NCBI GenBank assembly: GCA_964016885.1 | Contig: OZ024752.1 | Location: forward strand, 22,630,001 to 22,694,000 | Source of the DNA: Eledone cirrhosa | Lineage: Eukaryota | Direction of reading: 5' to 3' | DNA: 64,000 nt | Shown: positions 28,268 through 41,039 of the stretch, piece by piece | How positions within the stretch are numbered: the stretch's first letter is position 1 | Layout of the letters: each line of letters opens with the position of its first letter | Notes under the pieces: model-generated | Told to the model about the DNA's origin: nothing | What the model saw: only the letters and a program-made list of their open reading frames with translations | Database searches by the model: none | Translations under genes and position numbers: made by a program

Positions 28268-29770
28268 AAATAACGAAACGAAATTAAACTTCGTTTCGTT
28301 TGTAACTCACTTTTGTATGACTGACGCTTAAACAATTAAGTTAAAGATGTACATCCATATATGTATACTGAAATACTAGTATGTATATGAATACACACAC
28401 GTATACATATGTAGATGTACCAAGTTTTTTCACTGGTCACTTTACTGTGAGTGGCCAGCTATTCTGTATGTAAACACACAGACAAACCGGTTTTTAGAGT
28501 CATACTGGTTTTTGAGGAAACACCTTTCCTCTATTCTCCAGAAAGCCAGACAAGGAATATTGAACTAGTTTCGTTGTTGTTACAACTCATCAGCAATATT
28601 TACCTATCTTCCGGCCTCTCTAGAGAATCGTAAAAGCACATATCGTTATATGCTTTTTCTATGAAAATTAGTAGTGGGCAGACTAATTTGCATAGAGTGT
28701 GAGTAAGTACCGGTTCAACGGAGACGATAAAAACAAATAACGAAACGAAATTAAACTTCGTTTCGTTTGTAACTCACTTTTGTATGACTGACGCTTAAAC
28801 AATTAAGTTAAAGATGTACATCCATATATGTATACTGAAATACTAGTATGTATATGAATACACACACGTATACATATGTAGATGTACCAAGTTTTTTCAC
28901 TGGTCACTTTACTGTGAGTGGCCAGCTATTCTGTATGTAAACACACAGACAAACCGGTTTTTAGAGTCATACTGGTTTTTGAGGAAACACCTTTCCTCTA
29001 TTCTCCAGAAAGCCAGACAAGGAATATTGAACTAGTTTCGTTGTTGTTACAACTCATCAGCAATATTTACCTATCTTCCGGCCTCTCTAGAGAATCGTAA
29101 AAGCACATATCGTTATATGCTTTTTCTATGAAAATTAGTAGTGGGCAGACTAATTTGCATAGAGTGTGAGTAAGTACCGGTTCAACGGAGACGATAAAAA
29201 CAAATAACGAAACGAAATTAAACTTCGTTTCGTTTGTAACTCACTTTTGTATGACTGACGCTTAAACAATTAAGTTAAAGATGTACATCCATATATGTAT
29301 ACTGAAATACTAGTATGTATATGAATACACACACGTATACATATGTAGATGTACCAAGTTTTTTCACTGGTCACTTTACTGTGAGTGGCCAGCTATTCTG
29401 TATGTAAACACACAGACAAACCGGTTTTTAGAGTCATACTGGTTTTTGAGGAAACACCTTTCCTCTATTCTCCAGAAAGCCAGACAAGGAATATTGAACT
29501 AGTTTCGTTGTTGTTACAACTCATCAGCAATATTTACCTATCTTCCGGCCTCTCTAGAGAATCGTAAAAGCACATATCGTTATATGCCTTTTCCTCAAAA
29601 ACCAGTATGACTCTAAAAACCGGTTTGTCTGTGTGTTTACATACAGAATAGCTGGCCACTCACAGTAAAGTGACCAGTGAAAAAACTTGGTACATCTACA
29701 TATGTATACGTGTGTGTATTCATATACATACTAGTATTTCAGTATACATATATGGATGTACATCTTTAAC

Positions 29771-29776
<6 letters not shown>
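28264..29776 (-). repeat. 467-bp tandem array (~2.8 units) with inverted terminal segment 29590-29776; one hammerhead per unit
   Basis: Unit starts at 28264, 28731 and 29198; both ends abut (TA)n. Confidence 0.93.
28556..28600 (-). ncRNA. Canonical-core minimal type I hammerhead (also 29023-29067 and 29490-29534)
   Basis: aatattg-CTGATGA-gttgt(aaca)acaac-GAAA-ctag-TT-caatatt: perfect 7-bp stem I, 5-bp stem II, GUU cleavage triplet. Confidence 0.9.
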
Positions 29777-29822
<46 letters not shown>

Positions 29823-29827
29823 GTTTA

Positions 29828-30150
29828 AGGCACATGGCTTAGTGGCTAGAGCATTGAGCTTACAATCATGAGGTTGTGAGTTCTATTCTTGGACCAGGTG
29901 ATGTGTTGTATTCTTGAGCAAGACACTTTATTTCATGTGGCTCCAGTTCACTCAGCTGTAGAAATGAGTTGTGATGTCACTGGTACCAAGCTCTTGCGGC
30001 CATTGCCTTTCCCTTGGACAACATTGGTGGTGTGGATAGGGGAGGCTGGTATGCTGGTTTTCCACAAAAAACCTTGCCTAGACTTGTGCCTCAGCGGCAC
30101 CTTTCTAGGTGCAAATCCCGTGGTCATTTGTGACTTAAGGGGGTCTTGAC
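29828..30150 (+). mobile_element. tRNA-derived SINE (same head and body, different tail)
   Basis: ggcacatggcttagtggctagagc...ttgagcaagacact. Confidence 0.8.
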
Positions 30151-30174
30151 TCTATTCTTTACTGCTATGAACAA

Positions 30175-30330
30175 TAGTGGTTTCCACACAATTTCCATCA
30201 ATCAAATTTCATTCATATGGCAATGCAGGGCTATGGTAGAAGTCACTTGCCTAAAATACTCTGCATTGGGATTAAACCCCCAAATCAGGTTGTTGTGAAG
30301 CAAGTGTTTAACCACATAGCCATGCCTGCA
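30175..30330 (-). mobile_element. Degenerate tRNA-derived SINE of a second family
   Basis: Minus strand reads gcaggcatggctatgtggttaaac...ggcaagtgacttctaccatagcc; resembles an abundant octopus SINE (from recognition, not a search). Confidence 0.65.
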
Positions 30331-30956
30331 TTCATACTTGCTAGTGATTGTGAAGTCTTAAGATGTTTTTGCTTTGCTGATGAAGTGTGATAAGACTGAA
30401 AGTTCTCCATAGTTGTAATCTTGCCTACTAACAAAGACTGTATATTTCTCTTAAGCATGAAAATAAAATTTTCTGTGGACCTGTATCTTATTACCTCCCT
30501 TTTTCTTTAAGCAGTGCTGACATTGGCTGCAAGGTTTTTACTCTCTTCTTTTTCTTCGAATTTCCCCACTAAAAGGCGAATTTCAGTTCATTAAATGTTA
30601 ATCCCCAACTAATACTATTTATATTTTTTTAACTGCTTATTTCATCAATCTTATTTCGGATTTTAAATATTTCAAGCCTTAAAAATGTATTTTCTCCAAT
30701 TTAACTTTTAACATCCTGTACCATACGAAACCGCATTACCAAGCAATTCTTGAAAAAGGCCCCCAAAATGCACCATGGCTGTATCACATTCAATATTAAA
30801 GTCTTTAATATAATATTACAAATTGTTATGATAATCTGTTGACTAATAAAGAAAATCATAAACATTTGAATTAACAAATTTGTTTGAAAATATTTTCAGG
30901 ATATTAAGAGTTAATTAGTTAAATAAGTTAACTTTATTTTGCTTCTTCTGTTTCAG

Positions 30957-30985
30957 ATTTCTTCTATATATGTACATCTCCATAG
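30957..30985 (+). other. Candidate 29-bp host micro-exon
   Basis: ttttgcttcttctgtttcag|ATTT...CATAG|gtaagt in non-repetitive sequence. Confidence 0.45.
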
Positions 30986-31099
30986 GTAAGTTTAATTATT
31001 TTGCTTCTTTTAAACATCATGTAGTTGTTCTTTAATATCAGGTCAACCTTAATTAAGGAGACCTGTAATCAAAAGCATTCCATTGTAACCATTTAATTT

Positions 31100-31500
31100 A
31101 ATGTGAGGCTAAACTCTGCCAGTTGCAGACTGCGCATCAACATGAGATATTTTTCTCCACAAAGTTCGATCACCAACAGCAGAGTTTAAAAAGCAAAGAT
31201 CAAGTCCAGTCCACAAGTTGACATTCTCAAGCCATCATTTTGGCTGCCGGCCTCTGCTTTTACCAGCCAACCTTCCTTCTAGGCATAACCTACTCACATC
31301 ATGAGTTGATCTTTTTATATGACCATACAGTTTAAGTACTCTTCACTTGACAATCGATGTAATTGGTCTAAGTTTGGTGATGTTGAGCAGCTCACTAATA
31401 GAGATACGGTCACTGATACAGATACGGTCGCTGCTTGCCAGTCATAAGTCTCATGATGTTCTGGAATGTTGAGAGCTTCTGAAGTGACCTTGTCGTTCAA
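31100..31500 (-). mobile_element. Old degenerate RTE-like LINE C-terminal fragment
   Basis: Minus translation EGRLAGKSRGRQPK*WLENVNLWTGL resembles the RTE C-terminal GxRxRGRPxxxW motif. Confidence 0.55.
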
Positions 31501-31531
31501 TTAACATAGTCAAGACCATATAACCAACTGT

Positions 31532-31771
31532 TTAACCCTTTAGTTACCAACCCAGTCAAAACTGGCTCTGGTTCTATGAAATAAAACCATCCATTTTAAA
31601 GATTTCCGATTTAAACTGAAATCTTCCAATATAATTTTATATAAGAACCTTACATTAAGTTACTATCTTAACAATGAAATAATTAATTATTTTAGCAAAT
31701 CCCTCAAAATTCTTCATTAATTAATTAAAATAGACTGTATTTTGTTAGAAATACATTCATGAAAGGGTTAA
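31532..31771. mobile_element. MITE with piggyBac-like ends (TTAA-CCCTTT...AAAGGG-TTAA)
   Basis: Short TIRs flanked by TTAA on both sides; 232-bp non-coding body. Confidence 0.6.
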
Positions 31772-32108
31772 AGGATTTTACTAATACATCATTTACCTTA
31801 TATTTCAAGTGCCTGGATGTGGTTTTAAGGGAGATTTAGCTGCTAAATTTAGCAGGTTATGAAACAACCTGCATCTTGATCTCTTAAACTTCTGAAAGTC
31901 TGAATAGGTCTGATAACACAGGCATTTTTTTATAATAGTTTTTAAAATATCCTGAAAGGTGAAAAATGATACTGTTCCTTGATATATATGGTGTGTGTGG
32001 GTTAGTGTATATATAATTAAAACATTAAAACATTTTTTTTTTTATGCCCGCTTTTCCGTGCTTGCATGCGTTGGACATATATATGTAGGGTTAGGTTTAG
32101 TTTGTATG

Positions 32109-32144
<36 letters not shown>

Positions 32145-32145
32145 G

Positions 32146-32210
32146 CCAGGTGGTGCTATTAAGTTAGACATGGCCTGGCCCATACTGGCCGAAACTTATC
32201 AAACTTATAT
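32146..32210 (+). mobile_element. Solo 3' end of the CR1/L2-group LINE
   Basis: Matches 60684-60755 (gccaggtggtgctattaagttagacatggcc). Confidence 0.85.
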
Positions 32211-32580
32211 ATATATATATATATATAGTAATAATAATAAATTTGAAGACTAAAATACAAAGAGGGCTCGATAAGGATAAATATATATCAAATATATAAG
32301 AACCGTAGAGCAAATATTATATATACACACACAGACACATATATATAGTTGTTGTAGGGTTGCTGGTAAATGTGTCTGTAGGCGGTATGCCAGTTGAGCA
32401 CTTGATGCTTGCGCAGAGCAGAGTATAATAGAAGACTCTTGGAATGCAGAGGCGGGTTCGATCTGTAACAGATCCTGCCTTGAGCTGATTGACAGAGAAA
32501 CATATGTAATATATTAATAAATTGTTGTGATTTGATGCAATACTGATTCCTAGTTCTTTATAATATATATATATATATAT

Positions 32581-33485
32581 ATCATCATCATCATCATCAT
32601 TTTACATCCGCTTTACCCTGCTTGCAAGGGTTGGATGGGTCCTATTCAGCACAGCATCTCTCCACTTGTCACGGTCCTTCGTCATCTCCTCCGTGAGTTT
32701 CAGCGATCTGAGGTCTGCTCTCACCACCTCCGCCCATGTTTTTCATGGTCTTCCTCTATTGCGATTTCTTGGCAATTCTTTACCCAGCGGTCATCCTCTA
32801 TGCGCATCACATGTCCATACCATCTCAGTTTTCTCTCCTGCACACCACAACTTATTCCTCTTATACCCAGTTTCTTTCTCAACTTGTCTATGCTTGGTCG
32901 TTCACACACATTGACATTGTACATCCAACGGAGCATGCTTGCTTCATTTCTCTTCAGCCGTCGCATATCCTCTGTAGTTGCTGCCCGTGTCTCACTACCA
33001 TGCAGCATCGCGCATCTCACACAGGCATCATATAACTGTCCGTTTGTACACAGGGAGAAACCCTTCTTTGTCAACAGAGGAAGCATCTCCCTAAATTTCT
33101 TCCAACCCGTCCTTATTGTAGATACTATGGCCTCGGAACCCCCCCACCCCTCCCATGCTAATCTGATCACCTATAGAACCCACCTGCATTGGAAAAATGT
33201 GTCTATCACTGCGATTACTACTGCCAACTTTCCCTGTACATCTACTGCATACATAGTTTTCCCTACCTGTTAGTTTGCCTGCTATCCCACTACATCTCTT
33301 GTGTACCCAAGATCTGCATTGCGTACATTTTATAGGATTTATGCCAGTTCCTTTTCTACATATTGAACATGGCCATTTCCCTGATGGAATCAGAGTATTG
33401 TCCCCTGTTCTACTTATCAACACTTTTGTCTTAGCTATGTTCACTCTCAGTCCTCTTGATTCCAACTGCTGTTTCCATAGCCAGA
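32581..33485 (-). mobile_element. Older RTE subfamily 3' fragment with PHD finger
   Basis: ORFs 32721-33170 and 33091-33579 (WPCSIC..CTQC..WVHKRC..CSRC); (ATC)n tail. Confidence 0.88.
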
Positions 33486-33499
33486 ATTCATTCTCTATG

Positions 33500-33710
33500 T
33501 GTGTGTTTGGCTGAGTGGTTAGAAAATTGGATTCGCAATCGTGAGGTTGTGAGTTCAACTCCCAGACTGGGCGATGCATTATGTCCTTTAGTAAGACACT
33601 TTATGTCTTCTACTTGGATTTGCGAGCGGTAGATAGTATTAGCAATTGGAAAGACCTATGGAAACATAGTTTCCTTGGTCTGATTTGACGAAAGTCGATT
33701 GACTGTCAAT
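33500..33710 (+). mobile_element. tRNA-derived SINE; related inverted fragment at 35160-35290
   Basis: tggctgagtggttag...gagttcaactccc; tail gacgaaagtcgattgactgtc shared in reverse with 35167-35220. Confidence 0.7.
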
Positions 33711-33899
33711 ATATATATATATAACACTACTCATACGTCTATCTATTCTCTCCTTATCTAAACTTTCCTCAAGAAAGACTTCTGTCTGAAACATTGAAAC
33801 CTCCTCCACTCCCTCCAACCTAATATAACTGTAATTTTGCCTTCTGTGTTTTATTTTGTTTCATTTATTAACTATATATATATAGTTAATAAATGAAAT

Positions 33900-34305
33900 G
33901 ATTGCACTTCTGAAAGGCGATGACACCGGACTGAGACCTCTGGCGTTAAGCAGTAATACAGAAGACCCGACTTCCCACGTGTACAAGCCAAAGCTGAAGC
34001 ATATAGACAGTATGCTATCCCCCTCCCACAGTAAAGTGGTCGTGTAGGTATCACGACAAAAAGCACCCAGTCCACACAGTAAAGTGGTCGTGTAGGTATC
34101 ACGACAAAAAGCACCCAGTCCACACAGTAAAGTGGTCGTGTAGGTGCCACGATAAAAAGCACCCAGTACTCACTGTAAATGAGGTTGGTGTTAGGAAGGA
34201 CATCCAGCCGTAGAAATCAAGCCAAAATCAGTTCTGTATGAGCTAGACATGGTCACCTGACCTGGCATTGCGCACAACAGGATAACCCGTCTAACCCATG
34301 CTATC
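33900..34305 (+). mobile_element. RTE 3' fragment (18.8-kb subfamily type) with ~54-bp tandem repeats
   Basis: cacagtaaagtggtcgtgtagg three times; aggttggtgttaggaagg. Confidence 0.8.
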
Positions 34306-34702
34306 CCGTGGGGTGGAAGGTTGAGGAGAGTCGGGCATTGCGTTCAGGGGTGCGGGGGATCAGATCTTCTGCTATATGGGTAAGGAGAAGAGATGCCTGA
34401 AATAGGAGGTTGGGGGCGAGTTAGGATGGAGGATTGTAAACTGTCCCAGGAGCGAGTGCACACATGGTGTTGAGAAGAGTGCCGTGTGTGTCCGGGCACC
34501 GTAAGCAGCAAGTTCGATAACAGTGAAGAAAAAAAAAAAGAGAAAAAAGAAAAGATAGAATATTTGTCTAGAGAGAGAAATGTTTCTGTTCATTAATCTG
34601 CTGCCCAATAAACCCTCAATGCTTGAAAGCACTAAAACTTACTCTAGCTGAGGGCACACACATAGTTATTGTTATAGTGAGAAACATGGAGAGTAAATAT
34701 AT

Positions 34703-34885
34703 ACTAGGGGCTGTTGAAAAGTTCCTGGCTTTGGGTAAAAGAAAATACTGGAGGATCAGTTAATTATGATTTTATTCAAGAAGCGGATTCAGAAAGACCA
34801 TTGCAATAAGTGTGTGAATCCAAGAGGGATTCACACACTTATTGCAATGGTCTTTCAGTTTTTCTAAACCATGTAAGAAGAACTC
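34703..34885. mobile_element. Tc1/mariner-like terminal fragment with internal 29-bp hairpin (34792-34856)
   Basis: Begins ta-ctaggggctgttgaaaagttcctggc, resembling a mariner TIR; perfect inverted arms read directly. Confidence 0.5.
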
Positions 34886-35380
34886 AACCAAACGCTTAGA
34901 TTTTAATCTGAATTAATAATAAATATTTGCTTTAGGTTTATATATTTATTTATATATATGTATGTAAAAGGTAAACAGAAATAACAATGCAATCGGTACA
35001 GTATATGGAAGGAATATATTAGTTTAACACTTGACATAGCAGGAAGAGAGTCTTAACGTTTTGGACACTAGTCCTTCATCGGAAGAAAGAATGAGAAATT
35101 AGAAAGATTGAAGTGACGGGGAGGGTGGAATTGGAAAAAATGTTAATTATATATATATGACAGTCGACAGTCGATTGACTTTCGTCAAATCGGACCGGGG
35201 AAACAATGTTTCCATTGGTCTTTTTAATTGCTTCCAGGTAGAAGGAGCAACGTGAAATAAAGTGTCTTGCTCAAGGACATAACACGTTATATATAAAGAC
35301 ATAATGCGTTATATATATATATATATGTAATCCTTATTGAGCCCTCTTCGGATTTTGGTCTTCATAATTATTAATATATA

Positions 35381-35717
35381 TGGCACATGGCTTAGTGGTT
35401 AGAGCATTGGCCTTGCAATCAAAAGGTTGTGAGTTCAATTCTCAGACGGGGTGATGTGTTGTTTCCTTGAGCAAGACACTTTATTTCACATTGCTCCAGT
35501 TTACTCAGCTGTAGAAATGAGATGATAGGGACTGGGGTGCCTATCATTCCACTGCAAAGTGGTTGTGGAGGTGCCACGGCAAATAAGCACCCAGCACTCA
35601 CTGTAAATGAGGTTGGTGTTAGGAAGGGCATCCAGCTGTAGAAATCAAGCCAGAATCAGTTCCCGTCCCACCCTTGCAAGCAGGGAAAAGCGGACGTAAA
35701 ATGATGATGATGATGAT
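35381..35717 (+). mobile_element. tRNA-SINE with RTE tail
   Basis: Near-identical to 12838-13166. Confidence 0.9.
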
Positions 35718-36303
35718 ATATATATATATATAATAATATATAAGGGAATATATACTGCCTATGGATTCAATTGATTTGCACCTTTAATAGCTATATATAT
35801 ATACATCAATGTGTATCTTCTTCCCTGCATCGGCTCTGTTTGTTTCTTTCTTTCTTACACAATTAGTTTTATAAAAATAAGTAATTTCCATCATGTCATC
35901 AGTATGGCCATTCATTACTGTCTCCCACCACACAGGCAGTGGAAGGAATAAATAGTGATCTCGAGTAAGAAGGGTGATGATTGAGAGAATATTTATTGCA
36001 TAGATGAATTGATTTCAGGTCACTAAAGCTTATGGAGGATCACGACAAGTGGAGAAATGCTGTACTGAAAAGGACCTGGCCAACCCATGCATATATGGGA
36101 ATAGATGTTGTCAGCCAGTCATGATGCCATTGGCAAACAGTATGGTGCCACTTGATTGTGCCAATCCACATTTTCAGCTGTCCACCTTGCTATTTATATA
36201 ATATTCACACTACTATAGTCCAATATCTACTGAGGGTTTGTCATAGGAATTTTGACACAGACTTTCATTTAATTAAATCTGGTCTGAAATGTGTGTTGAT
36301 TTA

Positions 36304-36339
<36 letters not shown>

Positions 36340-36989
36340 TGTGTGTGTGTGGGGGGGGGGGGGGCAGGTTTCCTGTTTTCCTGGTAAAATACTAGAATGT
36401 TTATTCACATACATATTTTGTCACTAGCAGCAATAAAGACTAACCTACTCAAATGTTTTCTTTATACTTTTCATTTATTTTCTTTATCTCTTTTTATAAT
36501 GGCGAACTTTATAAAAAAGTTAACTTTGCTAAACAGGAGTTTGTCAATACTCTGTTAATATGACACTCAATGAAATATAAGTTTCAGGTTTTTCCATTAT
36601 GATAACAATAGAAATAAGAAAAAATAAAACTGAAAAAAAAAAAGTTAAATACAAAAAAGTAATTGACAACATTATCCACCCCCTTATACATTCTAATTCT
36701 TTTATTCATTTCAAATAGAAAAACTTAAGATATATAAAACAAACCACTTTGTGGTGGAAACAAAAATTCCCCCAAAACTTTATTGTTTATTATTTTTCAT
36801 TCAAATACTTATTTTTATCTAAAACAACCAATCAGAAGTCCCATTTTACCATTGCTACTCGTATCTGGATCCTACATATATAAACAGATCACGTACACTC
36901 CAGACTAGTTTTCTTCTAAATATATATTAATGTAAACCTTTATGTCTTTAGCCAATGTTGCAAGATGTTTGACCAGGGTTTCCCACCAC

Positions 36990-37265
36990 CATCATCATCA
37001 TCATCATCATCATCACACATCCATTCTTGCACGTGACCATTTCTTGCTCATACAGAACTGATTCTACAGCAGGATATCCTTCCTAACACCAACCTCATTA
37101 CAGTGGGAGGGTTGGTGGTGGCATACTGTATAGATGCTTCAGCTTTGGCCTGTACCCATGGGAAGTCGGGTCTTCTGTATTACTGCGTAATGCCAGAGGT
37201 CTCAGTCCTGTGTCATCACCTTTGAGAGGTGCAATTGGGCAAGATTGGCTTTTATCACCTCATCC
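36990..37265 (-). mobile_element. Deleted RTE 3' fragment
   Basis: (ATC)n tail, cttcctaacaccaacc, and an ORF end matching 19134-19260. Confidence 0.75.
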
Positions 37266-37360
37266 TGGGCAATTTCAACTGTTGGGCGGGCGATTGGAAA
37301 TTTTGGAGTATGATATAGGATTTTGAGTATTAAGAAGATATTTCAACATATGCTAACCGT

Positions 37361-37570
37361 GCTTTTTTGCTGTGACACCTCCACGACCACTTTGCAGTGG
37401 AATGATAGGGACTGGGGTCCCTGTCATCTCATTTCTACAGCTGAGTAAACTGGAGAAATGTGAAATAAAGTGTCTTGCTCAAGGAAACAACACATCACCT
37501 GGTCTGAGAATTGAACTCACAACCTTTCGATTGCAAGGCCAATGCTCTAACCACTAAGCCATGTGCCTCC
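37361..37570 (-). mobile_element. tRNA-SINE, 3'-truncated
   Basis: Reverse complement of the SINE head and body. Confidence 0.88.
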
Positions 37571-37630
37571 ACACATGTATATATATATATATGTATATAT
37601 GTATATGTATATATATATGTATATATATAT

Positions 37631-37950
37631 GGAGGCACATGGCTTAGTGGTTAGAGCATTGGCCTTGCAATCGAAAGGTTGTGAGTTCAATTCTCAGACC
37701 AGGTGATGTGTTGTTTCCTTGAGCAAGACTCTTTATTTCACATTGCTCCAGTTTACTCAGCTGTAGAAATGAGATGATAGGGACTGGAGTCCATATCATT
37801 CCACTGCAAAGTGGTCGTGGAGGTGCCACTGTAAATGAGGTTGGTGTTAGGAAGGGCATCCAGCTGTAGAAATCAAGCCAGAATCAGTTCCCGTCCCACC
37901 CTTGCAAGCAGGGAAAAGCGGACGTAAAATGATGATGATGATGATGAAAA
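37631..37950 (+). mobile_element. tRNA-SINE with RTE tail
   Basis: Same family as 12838 and 35381. Confidence 0.9.
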
Positions 37951-38059
37951 TGATGAATATGTATATATATATATATACATTAAGCCAGTGTTGATGCCAG
38001 ATGGCTAAAAATATCCCCTTTTTATATATATATATATGTATACATATATATATATATAT

Positions 38060-41030
38060 AGAAGGTGAGTAATATTGTAGAACAATAAAACTATGCATAT
38101 ATCAGATAAGTAGCACTCAACAGTTGGTAGAACTGGAGTATATATAATAAAGATGAAATAAAAGATGGTTATAAGAGTTCCATATATTTTATTATACGTA
38201 TTTCGAATACAAAATCATCCTGGGACAGATATTGTGTTCTCTTCAGATAAAAAATAAGGTACAATGACATGAGGCATAATAGTACTTGTTTATAGGAAAG
38301 TGCTAAGTCTACATATGACAGAAATATATGTGTTAATACTATAGTAAGAAATAGATAGGAAAATAGAAGAAAAGAAGAGAAAAAGGCAAAAGAAAGAGAA
38401 GAAAGAAAATAAGAAGGAAGAGAGAGAGAGAGAGATTTTTGATGAGGAATGCTGTCAAATTGAAAACAGCTGTAAATAACTGTTAAAAATAAATTGATGA
38501 GGTGTATGTGCGAATATTATAGAAGGTATTCAAATATTAGAGGTCTAAATATAGAAACTGGATATATTATTAAAACAACAGATTAACGTTTAAGCACTGA
38601 GTAATTGCTGGCCTTGTGCCTAAAGTAGAAACAATTAATATATATTGGGTTTAAATACTAAAAATTGGTTTAAGAAGTGTAAAAATGTGTTAATAACATA
38701 AATATAAAAACATTTTTATAAAATAAAATAAAAAATAGTCTATCTATGTCAAAATTAATAATTTCTAGTAAAAATATATATGTGGGGTATACTATTTAAT
38801 TTTTATTTTATATCAACAAGTAAATAAAGGAAATTGCTAGAATGATTTATAAACATAGAAAAAATGTAGAGAAAGTCTATTATGACGTCATAGTCTACAA
38901 AGGTTTGAGCGAAAATCTAAGGCTACAGAAAAGAAGATCAAAGGTTTAATATATAATGAGAAAACCAAAATAATACATTGTAGAATATAATGAAAGATGT
39001 GTAAAGATAACAGTGACTCATGGAATATGTTATAGGACATTAACTATATACTTTGTGAAAGGTCTTGAAGGATTTATGATTGCAAAGACCAAATATATCT
39101 GTTCTATTTATTATAGAGTTGAAATTCGAGATAATGGTAAATTTTTCAACTAGACATAAATTACAAACACTAGATATGGAAGCATTGGAGTATGGAGATG
39201 CGTTGTAGATTTTACGCCAAGAAATTTCGTAATTTATGTTTTTGTCTTTTAAGGACCAAATAAGTTCTGAGAGTGCGGTGCTGGTCCTTTTAAGTGGAGA
39301 TTTAAATGTAGAAGAATGATTATAGAATCTTGCTTTAAAGGAGGTAGAAGTAGAGCCAATGTAGGTATAGGAATTGGTACTAGTTACCACTTTACATTTG
39401 TATACTAGATTATTTACAGAGTTATTGGCAAGTGGTCCGGGATTAATTATATTAGGATCAGGAGGGGTGGAATTAACTAAAGGAGGTGCTAGAGTGTCTA
39501 GATTTACATTACTATTTGATGCATTCCTCAAAGTTACGTTTGATGTCGTATTTATACTTGTGTTATTTTGCCTAGAGTTTACATTGACGTCAGGCCTTAT
39601 AGTGTTATTACTGACTCTCATGGTAGGATGCATATGAGTTATTATTTAATATTTCAGAATTATGTCTTGAGATAATTTTTGAAATGTTCGAAGTAGTAGA
39701 ATACGAGAATTTAATAGTATGCCTATTGAAAATCTTGCTATATATATATGTAATGCCCTAAAAAATAATTTAGGGATATTATTAATAATGGAAATAGAGA
39801 AGGGAGCATTGTACCAAAGGATATTTTTATATCTAGATCTCCTCCTTTTGTTAGCAGTATGATTATTACTAGCTACATTGCTAGAGTTATTATAACCTCT
39901 GCCAATATTAAGTTCTTTAGTATACCTAATTTTGTCTAGATATCCAGCCCTAGATAGCGCATTATTATAATAGTTGGCATTAGCTTCGAAGATATCTTTA
40001 TTAGTGGATAAATTAGAAATTCTTTTTTCTACGCTTTTGACTATAGCAGTTTTAACGTTATTAGGGTCGTTAGATTTAAAGTTAACGTAATTTAAGTTCT
40101 CATTATCCTTATGATATGGGTAATATAGGCCGGTGTCTAGATTAAAGGATATATCAAGGAAATTTGCTAGTTTGTCATTATTCTCGAATTCAATTTTTAA
40201 GTTAAGATGCTTAAATAGATCAAGTATTTTTTTCTTAAGTATTACAGTGTTATAATTAGAGACAGTAAAGAGAGCATCATCACGATAAATCCCACCACAA
40301 AGTTGGGGTATTTTCTAGTTTAAAGAATTCAAGATGAAAATTCCAACTAAGTCGGTCAGTTGAGCTGAATCCGAAGAACCCATGGTGATGTCGAAATTGT
40401 TGGAGGTATCCGCTCTTGTCCAATATTCGTTCTTAAATTCCAAGATGGTTTTCCTAGCGGCGAGAATGATGTTTATTTCTTCACTAGTAATGTCCGTATA
40501 TTTTAAAGCATATGAGAGAGCTTTGTTTAGGAGTGAAGGAGAAATAGAAGAGTAATAGCTAGCAATGTCTAATTGAATAAATTTCAGTTTGTTTTTATTT
40601 TTTAGGTCATTGAACCAGTCTATTACTTCAGATGAACCCAACCATAAATTTAGTTGAGATTTATTCCTAACCTGTAGGATAATTCTATCCAAGATGGATT
40701 TACTAACAACTCCTAGGTCAGATTTAGAAGGGGCAATTAGTCTTACAAGCAAGTCCGTTCGAAATGTCTTTTATGATCCTTCAGACTAATCCTCGGAGTT
40801 CTTGGGAAGAAAGGTTCTGTTTTTTTCTCACTTCCGAGGTTGGTTATTATCTCATATGCTTCTCTATTGATAGAATCCAGATTATCGTGCGTAGTTTTAC
40901 GATAATTTTTTCTTAGTTCTTTAAGGATAAGGTTATTATATTTATTCTTACTTATGCCATATTAATTATTTGTTTTGTCAGAATGAACTAATAGGTTTTT
41001 AGAAGAATTAAGGTCATGAATTAACGCATT
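38060..41030 (-). mobile_element. Degenerate Naiad-like PLE (RT, GIY-YIG, pLTR)
   Basis: FIQLDIASYY, ITMGS, GGIYRDDAL (~40270-40297), NLVY..TYIGST..FKARFYNH, CNLC; several stops and frameshifts. Confidence 0.9.
38187..38252 (-). ncRNA. Minimal hammerhead in pLTR
   Basis: ttttat-CTGAAGA-gaacacaa...ttgtattc-GAAA-tacgta-TA-ataaaa. Confidence 0.8.
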
Positions 41031-41039
41031 AACCAAAAT

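Noticed and set aside
28451-29567. Repeated 60-aa ORF in the 467-bp units
   Set aside because: GTG start, antisense to the ribozyme, no recognisable motif.
34310-34640. GC-richer segment with AATAAA, LTR-like
   Set aside because: Single copy here with no definable termini or TSD; cannot be classified.
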